This document shows positions 52,831 through 64,000 of a DNA stretch of 64,000 nucleotides, piece by piece. Origin of the DNA: Octopus sinensis. Lineage: Eukaryota. The stretch covers positions 61,504,001 to 61,568,000 of the forward strand of contig NC_043003.1 of NCBI RefSeq assembly GCF_006345805.1. The letters run 5' to 3'. A program made the translations under genes and the position numbers. The notes below the pieces were generated by a model that was not told where the DNA came from, did not search any database, and worked only from the letters and a program-made list of their open reading frames with translations. Each line of letters starts with the position of its first letter. Within the stretch, counting starts at the first letter, position 1.

Positions 52831-53751
52831 ACTTTGAGACAATAATTCTACATTAATGGTCATTTCTGCAGCCTTGAAATTATTATATTATATTATATTG
52901 AACCAACTGAGCAAAGCGCCACAGCCACGGTAGAACCAATCAAGTGTAGAAGAACGCCATAAATAATCACCAAATGGAACTAAACAATGCAGCGTTCTCT
53001 AAACTGTGCTGGAGTTATTGTGCTGTTGTGCAACATTAGCTGTATAGCAATTATTGCACAGAACTGCATTTGCTACATTCCTCCAACATTTCTTTCCAGC
53101 ATATTCATCACTTACGCATGAGACAGAAATTGATGGATATTTGCTGTTGTAATAATGGATGATAAATGATATGCAATATCTTCGATATGTATATAATATA
53201 TATGTATATATATATATATACATATCTGCTATATGGCAATGGAAATCAAGATTTTGCTAAAAAGTAGAAAGATATGGAAAAGATATTATTAGAAGTTAAG
53301 AAATATATTTTCATCATAGTTGTAATTTTCTTCTCCTTTCCTTGTTGTATATTTGAGAGTGGAGATTGTACTGTATCGCGTTGAGTCAATAGAGTTATTG
53401 GACAACAGGGCTTCATTTATATTCTCTAGTGTATTTCCCACTGACAGTTTGTCATAGTTTATCATTGTTTGTAGTTGTATCTACTGGTGTTTGGCCCCTT
53501 AGTCATCCCTGAGGGATTAGGCTCATGATCAAAGGCCATCCAGCCGTGACTGATCAGTCTTTTATTTCAGACATTTTATATTTAGGTCTAAACTATCAAA
53601 TGTGCTGCACACTTTCTTTCTTCCTAAGATACTAGTGTTTGATTTCTGGCAGATTTGGCTGCTATTTCTAACAGGCTGAGTGATCATAAATAGGTCATAC
53701 AGATATATATCAATATATCCTTAACTCCTCACAAGCACTCATGCACATGTG

Positions 53752-53782
<31 letters not shown>

Positions 53783-54054
53783 AAACATACACACACACAA
53801 ACACATACATGCACACACACATGATGGACCTCTGCACATTTTCTCCTCTGCTATTTTCACTCATAAGGCATTGGTTAGTCTGGGATTTTTATAGAAAACA
53901 ACTACCCAGCATGATATACAATGGGACGGAACTTAAGACCACATTGTTGCAAAGCAAACTTCTTAATCACACAGCTATCTTTTATCTTTTACTTGTTTCA
54001 CTCATTGGACAGCAGCCATGCTGAGGCCCTGCCCTGAAGGGTTTAGTCAAGCAA

Positions 54055-54352
54055 TTCAGTGGCCCAGTGGTTAGGGCAGCGGACTCGCGGTCATAGGATC
54101 GTGGTTTCGATTTCCAGACTGGGCATTGTGTGTGTTTATTGAGTGAAAACACCTAAAAGCTCCACAAGGCTCCAGCAGTGGATGGTGATCCCTGCTGTAT
54201 TCTTTCACCACTCTTTCTCTCACTCTTTCGTCTGTTGGCCTGCTCGCTTAGCCAGTGGGGTGGCATCATTTGAAGGCTAAAACAATACGAACACATTGTG
54301 ACCAGCGATGTGTAGCAACATCTGATGGTCTGGTCGGTCATGTGATCACGTG
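54055..54352 (+). mobile_element. SINE family C copy
   Basis: Colinear with 6066-6365. Confidence 0.8.
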
Positions 54353-55749
54353 ATATACATACATACATGTATGCATACATACAAACATACATACAAGCAT
54401 ACATGCATACATACATACATAGTGGAGGTGTATGGCTTAGTGGTTAGGGTGTTGGATTCATGATCATAAGATTGTGGTTTCTATTCCTGGACTGGGCGAC
54501 ACATTGTGTTCTTGAGCAAAACACTTCATTTCACGTTGCTCCAGTCCCTTCAGCTGGCAAAAACTAATAATCCTGCCACAGACCAGCATCCCACCCAGGT
54601 GGGAAATTTATGCACCATGAAAATGGGAAACCGGCCCTTGTGAGTTGGCTTGACACAAGAAGATAATCTTACCTTCTACTTTTATATATAATCGTACAAA
54701 CATATACATATACTGACAGTCATAGTCACATGTGTGGTTGTGTGGTAAGAAGCTTGCTTCCCAGCCACATGGTTCCAGGTTCAGTCTCACTGCGTTGCAC
54801 CTTGGGCAAGTGTCTTCTACTATAGCCTCCGGCTGACCAAAGTCTTGTGAGTGGATTTGTTAGACAGAAACTGAAAGAAGCCCATTGTATATATGTATAT
54901 ACATATATGTTTGTGTGTCTGTGTTTGTCTTCCTACCATTCCTTGACGACCAATGTAGGTGTGTTTATGTCTCTGTAACACAGCTGTTCGGCAAAAGGAA
55001 CTGATAGAATAAGTACTAGGCTTCCAAAGAATAAGTCCTGGGGTCGATTTGTTTGACTAAAGGTGGTGCTTCAGCATGGCCACAGTCAAATGACTGAAAC
55101 AAGCCAAAAAAAAAAATTAGGATTTGGTCAAACCGCTCATCAATGGAGAGCTTTAATTTCATATGAAACTGGAACTCCTGTATCATGATCTGTGTCACTG
55201 TGGGGCAGTTAGCGCTCCTGTCAGTACATAGCCGTGTGCTTCATTGCAGCTGAGAGGGTGTTTTACCTCCTATTTCTAGCAATGTAGGTGCTACTCTGCA
55301 CCATCATCCACAATTAGTAACAAGTGAATTCTTCCGTTTTGGTTTTAAATTGCATATAGCTGCCCTCATTATTTTACATGTGTGTGTGTGTTTTAACATT
55401 TCGCTGAGGAATTGTGAGACTGATAACCTGATGTAGAACTCAATACACAAATGTTTCAGAGTGAAGTAGTAGATGAGCATTGAGCAATGATAAGAAAATC
55501 AGCAGCAAGCTCCTCAGGAACCACTCACTTCCTGATGACCCCACATGCAACCCCAAAACAAATGGATTACTATACCTTGAGGCTCTGATGAAGCTATAAA
55601 GTGTTACTCAGGCACTTAGCTATGTGTCCACTACATCTTATAGCAGAAACGGGTGTTAACTAATGAAATTGATAAGATAATCATGTATTCCTTGGTCATC
55701 TCTTTTTCTTATTACCACACTTTGTTCTGTATGTATATATTTATATGTA

Positions 55750-56965
55750 CAGGGGTTGGACAAAATAATGGAAACACCTTAAAATTTCAAACAAATTTAT
55801 TTTAGTATGGAGTAGGACAGCCTTTGGCAGTAATTACAGCTTGAATTCTATGAGATATGGACTTGTACAAAGTTTGAATTGTTTCCAAAGGAATTTTTGT
55901 CCATTCTTCAGCTAAAACAGTCTCCAGTTCTTGTAGTGATGATGGTGGAGGATAGCAATAATATTGAGTTCTGGGGACTGCAGAGGCAGGTAAGATGCTC
56001 AACTTCACTAGAATGTTCCTCGTGCCATTCAGTAACAACTTTAGTTGTGTGAATTGGTGCACTATCATCCTGAAAGATTACATTTCCCTCTTGAAACAGC
56101 TCCACAAACATAGGATGAATTTGATCAGATAAAATGCTTAAATAGTCTTGACTTTTAATTCTACCATTAAGGGAAGGCATTGGACTGGTGGATTTCCAAG
56201 ATATAGCTCCCCAGATAATCACAGATCCTCCTCCATGTTTAACAGTTGGAAGAAGAGAGTCCGGGTCAAATGCTTCTTTTGGCTGTCTCTACATGTATAC
56301 TCAGCTGTTGGTTGGAAATAAGGTAAAGGATGACTCATCTAAGAAAATAACATTCTTCCACTACTCTAGGGACCAATTCTGAAGGTCTTTACTCCACTCT
56401 AACTGCTTTGTAATGTTTGTTTTTGAAAGTAGTGGTTTTCTGGTTGCAACCCTCCTGTGAAATCCAGCTTTGTTTTTGTGGAAGCTGGCTTCTCAAGGTG
56501 GTCATTAAGCTCTGCAGTAATTTTGGGAGCTGTACTTTTGGGATCCTTTCTAACAATTCGAGTAAGAGTCCGATGGTCCCTATCTGAAGGCTTTGTTTTT
56601 TTTTCCGGAGTTTTGTTTCGAAGAGGAGGTTTTTCCCCTCTTTCTCAAAGGCTGTCATTATTTTCAAGACACTACTTCTTGATACACCAAACATTTCAGT
56701 TGTTTTCGTTACGCTAGCACCTGCCATACGAGCACCAACAATTTGATCTCTTAGAAAGTTCAATAGATCTGTCATTTTAATGAATTTTAATTACCTTTTT
56801 CTGATGATATCTGAAAAGAAACAGTAATTTTAGCAAAACATATTAAGCAACACTAATAATAAATCAAAAACCATAGAAATAAACAAGCTTTTGACAGTTT
56901 TATAGATATTTGAAAATTATGATGCTATGATGCTAGGTGTTTCCATTATTTTGTCCAACCCCCTG
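55750..56965 (-). mobile_element. Tc1-like DNA transposon, near full length, defective transposase
   Basis: TIRs CAGGGGTTGGACAAAATAATGGAAACACCT at both ends with flanking TA; transposase pieces QIVGARMAGASVTK, TVKHGGGSVMIWGAIS, IFQDDSAPIH, SPELNII. Confidence 0.93.
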
Positions 56966-57259
56966 TATATATAAATATAAGTATAGCTATATAGATACAT
57001 AAATATACATCCACACTGCATGCCCACATGCATGCATGCATGCACACACACATACACACATACACATAAACTCTGTGCTCAAAAGTGAAGGGAACAATAT
57101 TTTACATGCCTGCAGCAAGCTCCATTCGCTTCCTGAAGACCTCACATAACAACCCCAAAACAGCTGAACTAACAACACCTCAAAGAAGACCTGGATGCAA
57201 AATGCTCAGCATCCCAGGAAAAGACTCTGCATAGGTATGTTTACGAAAGACAGTAATAT

Positions 57260-57890
57260 TGGTTTCAAATTTTTGCACAAAGCCAGAATGTTTGGTGGCG
57301 GGGCTAAGTTGATTAAATGACCCTGGTACTTATTTCATTGATTCTGAAAGACTGAAAGTCAAAGCTGACCTCAGCAGAATTTGAATTCAGAAAGACGAGC
57401 GAAATGCTGTTAAGAATTTCATCCAGCATGCTAACAATTCTTATTTCTTTACTGCCCACAAGGGGCTTCACACCGAGGGGACAAACAAGGACAGACAAAT
57501 GGATTAAGTCGATTATATCGACCCCAATGTGTAACTGGTACTTATTTAATTGACCCTGAAAGGATGAAAGGCAAAGTTGACCTCTACGGAATTTGAACTC
57601 AGAACGAACTACCACTAAGCATTTTGTCTGGCATTCTAACAATTCTGCCAGCTCACCACCTTAAAGGAGACTAATATTCTTTTCTACTCTAAGCACAAGG
57701 CCTGTAATTTTGGGGGGAGGGAGCCAGTCGATTAGATCAACCCCAGTACACAACTGGTACTTAATTTATCGACCCTGAAAGAATGAAAGGCAAAGTCGAC
57801 CTCAGTGAAATTTGAACTCAGAACGTAACGACAGACAAAATACCACTAAGCATTTCACCTGGCATACTAATGTTTCTGCCAGCTCACGAT
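57260..57890 (-). mobile_element. SINE family A cluster (three copies)
   Basis: Repeated GAAAGGCAAAGTCGACCTC..GAATTTGAACTCAG blocks. Confidence 0.8.
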
Positions 57891-58689
57891 CTTTAAAGAA
57901 GACTAATATTGACATAAAGTGAAGTCTCTCTTGGACATGTGACCTCTACATTACATCACACTTTGAAGGCTATTCATTTGCAATGCAAGAATATGTGACA
58001 GCTACAAAATACCTAATAAATAAAAGACAGGCTGGATATTGTTGGTTGGGATAGGAAAAGGAAACTATATACCATCATAGAGGTCAGCTATCCTACTGAT
58101 GTGTATATCGCTTTGAAAATGAAAGAGAAGAGGATAACTATGGTCAACTGCTTTGAAGCCTCCGGCTTCACTGTCCAAATTGTAATTTCACATTTATACC
58201 AATAATAATTGGTGAACTTGGCTTTGTGAGTCAATACCTAAGTGACAAAATGGATAATCTAGGGTTTTCAGAAAAAGAAATCAACCAACTAACTCACACA
58301 TTAGAAATACATTCTGTATGTGGAACAGTAAAAATATGCAAGACTTTTCTCAAGTTTAAAATGCAACACTGTTTTTCTTATTTAGATTCTAATTGATGGA
58401 GCTTTGATCTTTGTTAGAAATGATTTCCTCCCTCAGAGGAAGAATTTTAGATAACTAAAAACAGAAGGGAACATATATACACTCTCACAACATGTTTCCA
58501 CGTGGTCTCCATCTACCAAATCTGCTCACAAGGCATTGGTTGACCTGAGATTATGGTTGAAGAAATTTACCCAAAGTGTTGTGCAGTGGGACCAAACCTG
58601 AAACCACATGATTGCAATGTGAGCTTCTTAACTACACAGCCTTTTCTGCTTTATCTATGAAAATTTTTTGAAAAATTGTTTAATGAATA

Positions 58690-59009
58690 TAATCTTCAGC
58701 CCTTACTCTGTGGCAATTTTGGGTGTCTTCAGAATATTGGGAGTCAAATGTCTGGTGTTGTAGAATAAGCAACCACAAAATTACATTAAAGTACAACTGA
58801 AAATATATTCCTCTATGGAATTATTCATTCATCGGATCGGCAGTGTTTTAATCTTCAGCCCTTACTCTGTGGCAATTTTGGGTGTCTTCAGAATATTGGG
58901 AGTCAAATGTCTGGTGTTGTAGAATAAGCAACCACCATATTACATTAAAATACAACTGAAAATATATTCCTCTATGGAATTATTCATTCATCGGATCGGC
59001 AGTGTTTTA
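58690..59009. repeat. Tandem duplication, 2 x 159 bp
   Basis: Units start at 58690 and 58849 and differ at about three positions. Confidence 0.9.
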
Positions 59010-59603
59010 CTTAATATTCCTTGTATACTAGTTTTGAAATTTATAACCACGAGATGATATATTCTAGATATTGGATAATATATAAACAGTGTGCTTCAGA
59101 GAGCATTCATGGTTGTGGCTGCTGAAAGCTAAATGAAACGTAACTAACTCAAAATCATAATCTTTGGTGGTTGTTAGACCTCCATTGTTCTCTCTAGGGT
59201 CATAATATGCAAATTATTTTAGAAGGAGGTTAGAAATGTAGTTTTATAATAGATTGAATTTTCTCTGTTGCAAGCAGTAAGAACACCAGATTGGTTTAAG
59301 CATTCTATGATTTCAAACATTTTTCGTTAATATCACTGATTTTTAGCACATCTAAGTAATGGAGTTTTGTAAGTTCATCACCACTCTCACCACCACCACC
59401 ACCACCACCACCACCACCACTACCATCGTCGTCGTCATCGTCATCATCATCTTCATCAAAACCATCCACATCATCCATCATCATGATTGTCATTTTAATG
59501 TCTACTTTTCTATGGGAAAATATTATTCACACAAAGACACACATACATAGATATATACATATATATATAAATATATATATATGTATACATACATATATGT
59601 ATT

Positions 59604-59648
<45 letters not shown>

Positions 59649-60222
59649 GGCTTCTTTCAATTTCTGTCTACCAAATTGGCTCACAAGGCTTTGGGTGGCC
59701 TGAAGCCACAGTAGAAGACACTTGCCCAAGGTGCCACTGAACCCAAAACCATGGGGATGTGAAGCTAGCTTCTTACCACCCCCCCACCCACAATGAGCAT
59801 CTTTCACTTTCCGTCTACCAAATCCACTCACAAGTCTTTGGTCAGCCCAGGGCGATAGTATAGAAGACTTGCCCAAAGTTCCATGCAGTGGAACAGAACC
59901 TTTAACCATGTTGTTGGGAAGCAAGCTTCTCGCCCACACAGCTACACTGTATCAAGCAATGCATGAGTAGGCTCACATTCATTAATAACCATATGCTACG
60001 ATTCTGTAGTTTTGTCTCTATCAATTTTTTTTCTAATATGCTGACGTTGCTGTCAAAATTGTACTTACTCTGCTTTCAGTTTCATCCTGTTTTACTTAAC
60101 AACAAGGAAGTAAATGTTGATTAATGAAATCATATATGTCTTTCTTCATATTTATTAATTTATTCTGTTTATTTATGTATTTTATATTTGTTAATTAATT
60201 TATCTTTTTTTGTATTACTTAG

Positions 60223-60418
60223 GCATTCATTGGATAGTCTCCAAAAGAATCTGCATGCTGTTAACGATGAACTAGATCGCAAAAACAATTCACTGATGCT
60301 GGATAAACGCTGCATGGATGTTAGAGAGCGTTTGAAAACTCAACCTAAGACAACCACAGAAAGAAACATTACCATGACTGGATTAGTAAGAGATAAACCT
60401 GATATTTTAGCTGTTTAA
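60223..60418 (+). CDS. TEKT2: Tektin-2, terminal coding exon
   Basis: Pyrimidine-rich acceptor ...tttttttgtattacttAG|G; CA+G restores a Gln codon in frame with the upstream exon. Encodes HSLDSLQKNLHAVNDELDRKNNSLMLDKRCMDVRERLKTQPKTTTERNITMTGLVRDKPDILAV*, matching the tektin C-terminal KxNSLxLDxxCMxxR motif. Confidence 0.9.
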
Positions 60419-60531
60419 CTTAAGAGAAAGATATCTTTCAATTTGATGATTTTTCGATATTATAAGTATAGCAGTTATTAATTCATCATTAGATTGCTGA
60501 TAAATTATACTTCAATAGCATCAAGATCTGC

Positions 60532-60537
60532 AATAAA
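60532..60537 (+). promoter_or_regulatory. Candidate polyadenylation signal of TEKT2
   Basis: First AATAAA about 115 nt after the stop codon; other AATAAA-like hexamers follow, so which one is used is uncertain. Confidence 0.4.
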
Positions 60538-61456
60538 ATTTTAAAATACCTGTTATTCTTACTTAAGTATTTCACATTAAATAAATTATTCATTTTATTA
60601 CATTCTTAAAATGGTATTTACTGTCAGCCGAAAGATCTATAAACTATCAGTGAGACAATCATTTGTAACTGAATAATAGTGAACAGATGTGGTTAATAGA
60701 TATTCTCAATTAAAAATACAAAACCGAATTGTAATTTCTTCTATAATGATAGTAATCCACAGCTGTAAATTTTGTTACTGAAGGAGAATAATATTATTGT
60801 ATCTATGTTGTAATATATTAAAAATAAACAGAGAAAGATACTTGGTTGCTCCTAAGTGATTTAGTTGCAGAGGCAAGTTTGTCTGTTAGCAGCTGCTATC
60901 GTTTTTGAGATGGTGAATTTATATTCCAAATACTCTATTTTCCATTAACTTAAACATTTAGTTAGGCTTAAATAGAGAGTTATGGAGCTCAGGAAATGAG
61001 AGAAAAACAACTGCAATGGATGTTAAACTGGAACAACAATATTCATGATAAACAATGAGGATTTAAGTAATGAGTTTTACCTGAAGTAATATAGTCTCTT
61101 ATATCTTCCCATTTTTATAACTTAACAGTCTGGCAGAAATTACTACAAAAATAATAAAAATCTATAAACAAATGCTTTTACTCAGCTGCAGCTATTTCAT
61201 TAATTTATCATCAAATGCTCTCATGAAAATATATCTTATAGTCTGAGCCAATAGTTTCTTTTTTTTACTTTTTGCTTTTTCCAAAGAATTATTTCTCAAG
61301 TCATCTAGAGCAAAATTTCTGCATTTGTTTTCCAATTGTTGCTGTCATGAGGGAGAATTCACACATACACACACACACACTCTCTCTCTCTCTCTCTCAC
61401 ACACACTAATAAATATACACATATATAAATATATGGTGTGCCCTTCTCTCTCTCTC

Positions 61457-61506
<50 letters not shown>

Positions 61507-61883
61507 CTCCAGTATTTTTGCCCCTTTTATATTTCTACATATATATGTATACATATACTTATATACATACATAGATATAGGTGTGTGTGTGGGGGGGGTG
61601 TTTGTGTGTGTGTGGGGGGGTGTTTGTGTGTGTGTGTGTGTGTTTGTGTGTGCATGTGCGTTTGTGTGTGTATTTATGGAAAGACAGGAAAGAGACATAA
61701 GAGAAATCCCTCGTGTATCTTATGCAAGTCAGCCATGAATCATGATTCCTGTGTAATTTGCTTACCATATTCATAACATAGTGTTGACATACACTGAAGC
61801 CAAACTTCCTGCTTAATTTTACATCTGATGGAAGCTTTAACAGTTCTAGCCATTTCCATTTTAAACAAGAACAATTGATATGG

Positions 61884-61949
<66 letters not shown>

Positions 61950-62366
61950 ATGTGTATCTTCTGTCTTTCATCTTGTTTCAGTCAGTGGACTGCGACCATG
62001 CTGCGGCATTGCCTCGAAGGGTTTAGTCAAACAAATCAACCCCAGTCCTTATTTCATATTTCTCGAGTTTGGTTCTTATTCTGTTGGGTTCTTTTCTAGA
62101 AACACTAAGTCATGAGGATGTAAACAAACCAACGCCAGTTGTCAATCCGCGCTTAGGGACAAACAAACTAGAATCAATCAATCAATCAATCATCATTTAA
62201 CATCTGTTTTCCAAGCTGGCATAGGTTGGACAGTTTGAGTGGAGCTGGTAAGGCCAGGGGTTGCACCAGACCCCATTGTCTGTTCTGGCATGGTTTCTGG
62301 GGCTGGATGTCCTTCCTAACAGATATACAGATTTACATATGTATGTATATGTATGTATGTATATAT

Positions 62367-62410
<44 letters not shown>

Positions 62411-62702
62411 TATATACAATAGGTTTCCATACAGTTTCCACCCACCAAATTCACTCAAGATGCATTGGTCACTCTGGGGCTGTAGTAGATGACACATGCT
62501 CAAGTTGCTACATATAAGTATATACATAGGCATAGGCGTGGCTGTGTTGTAAGAAGCAAGCTTCCCAACCACATGGTTCTGGGTTCACTCCCACTGTGTA
62601 GCACCTTGGACAAGTGTCTTCTACTATATGTCTACTATAACCTCAAGCCAACCAAAGCCTTGCGAGCAGGTTTGGTAGAGAGAAACTGAAAGAAGCCTGT
62701 CG

Positions 62703-62758
<56 letters not shown>

Positions 62759-63139
62759 TCAAAGGGAATACTAAGTATGACTACCTGCAGGAAATAACAG
62801 TCAAAACTCTTATTTAAATTGCCAAAATACACTGATAATAACTACAGAAATCAACCATCTGAAGGCAAACAGGCTAAGACAATCTCTCAGCATACATTCA
62901 AGTATTTGGACTCATGTTGACTGGTGTTATTACACTAGATAATAACAGAGTCAATGACATCTTTGCAAATTATTTTTTTAAATTATTTTCTCATGAATTA
63001 TTTGCTCCATATTGAAATTATGTATCTATATTTAATCAAATATGTCCCTTGGAAACAAGGTATACTGGATATCAGATAAGTGCTCTTGGTATGAGACATA
63101 TCTAAAAGATATTTAGAGATTCCATGAGAGCGAGTGTAT

Positions 63140-63741
63140 ATTATAGAGTAAAAATGTAGGAAAGTTATATCTTAAAAATCACGGTAGAGATAAATACATA
63201 AAAAGCAATATTGCATTAATAAATAAATAAATAAAGTACAGCTATGATCATTAAAGATATTTTTTTAAAAGTTTTGAAAGTTCTTATGATCATTTCAAAA
63301 ATATACTGCCCCTCAAAATGAAATCTATATTTGATAAGCATCGTTGGGAAGTATATCTACTCATCAGAGAAAAGGATGAATTTCAGTGGAAGAAATCGAA
63401 CGAGGGAAATGTTATTTCAAAATTTTTAGCTCAAACTTATACCAACACAGATTTATACCAATAATTTTTTTAAACAACACCTTTCTCATTCAATTTTAAA
63501 TATCATTTTCCTCATTCGATTTCCTTCACTGAAATTCATTCTTTTCTCTCATGAGTGGATATACTTCCCAACGATGCTTATCGACTTTAGATTTCACTTT
63601 GAGAGGTAGTATATTCATGAAACGATCATAAGAATTTACAAAACTTTTTTTAAAGATATTTCTAATGATTATAGCTGTACTTTGTTTTTATCTCTATTAT
63701 GATTTTTAAGATATAAATTTTCCTACTTTTTACTCTATAAT
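63140..63741. mobile_element. Old MITE/foldback element with ~240-270-bp inverted arms
   Basis: 63140-63411 and 63504-63741 are reverse complements (for example GATAAGCATCGTTGGGAAGTATATC / GATATACTTCCCAACGATGCTTATC) with indels. Confidence 0.75.
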
Positions 63742-63766
63742 GTGTGTGTGTGTGTGTGTATGTATA

Positions 63767-64000
63767 CAGGGGCTGGACAAAATAATGGAAACATAAAAAT
63801 TTCAAACAGATTTATTTTAATATGGGGTAAAACCACCTTCGGCAGTAATTACAGCTTGAATTCTATGAGGTTTGGACTCGTACAAAGTTTGAATTTTTTC
63901 CAAAGGAATTTTTGTCCATTCTTCAGCTAAAATAGTTTCCAGTTCTTGTAGTGATGGTGGTGGAGGATATCGACTCCTTACTTGTTTTTCTAAAATGCAC
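63767..64000 (-). mobile_element. Second copy of the same Tc1 family (transposase 3' end), cut by the window edge
   Basis: TA + CAGGGGCTGGACAAAATAATGGAAACA terminus; colinear with 55750-55950; encodes CILEKQVRSRYPPPPSLQELETILAEEWTK on the minus strand. Confidence 0.85.

Larger units (their letters stand above)
17528..60222 (+). other. TEKT2: TEKT2 last intron (42,695 bp, GT-AG, phase 2)
   Basis: GTAAGT donor and AG acceptor join two exons whose peptides are contiguous in tektin-2; no tektin coding sequence appears to be missing between them. Confidence 0.8.

Noticed and set aside
52860-53223. Unique island with short ORFs on both strands
   Set aside because: Short, partly microsatellite-derived, with no motif or splice support.
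55500-57170. CTGANGA...AAAAC strings near 55535 and 57135 as hammerheads
   Set aside because: The intervening bases cannot form helix II; they appear to be copies of a small dispersed repeat.
61690-61870. Minus-strand ORF segment with a GTAAGC donor
   Set aside because: Weak acceptor, no recognisable protein, and the ORF is extended only by (CA)n.

Overview
AT-rich, microsatellite-saturated animal DNA; the repeat complement strongly suggests an octopus (inference). The only host gene I can support is the 3' end of a tektin-2 (tektin-B1, TEKT2) gene on the + strand. It has a 224-nt coding exon (17304-17527) carrying the tektin signature as RPSVELCRD, and a terminal coding exon (60223-60418). 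A 42,695-bp phase-2 GT-AG intron separates them; no upstream exon was found in the first 17.3 kb. The rest is intronic or flanking repeat: several tRNA-headed SINE families, many 5'-truncated RTE LINE 3' ends, one RTE reverse-transcriptase fragment, an R4/Dong-type LINE fragment, a Penelope GIY-YIG fragment, Tc1, mariner and hAT remnants, foldback/MITE hairpins and simple repeats. Most listed ORFs are microsatellite artefacts. The most interesting signal is a Penelope-like element whose 3' end contains a tRNA-like Pol III head, an (AAT)n tract and a minimal hammerhead-ribozyme fold. The same module also occurs alone as a ~280-bp SINE with its own target-site duplication. All alignments and folds were done by eye; most repeat boundaries are approximate.
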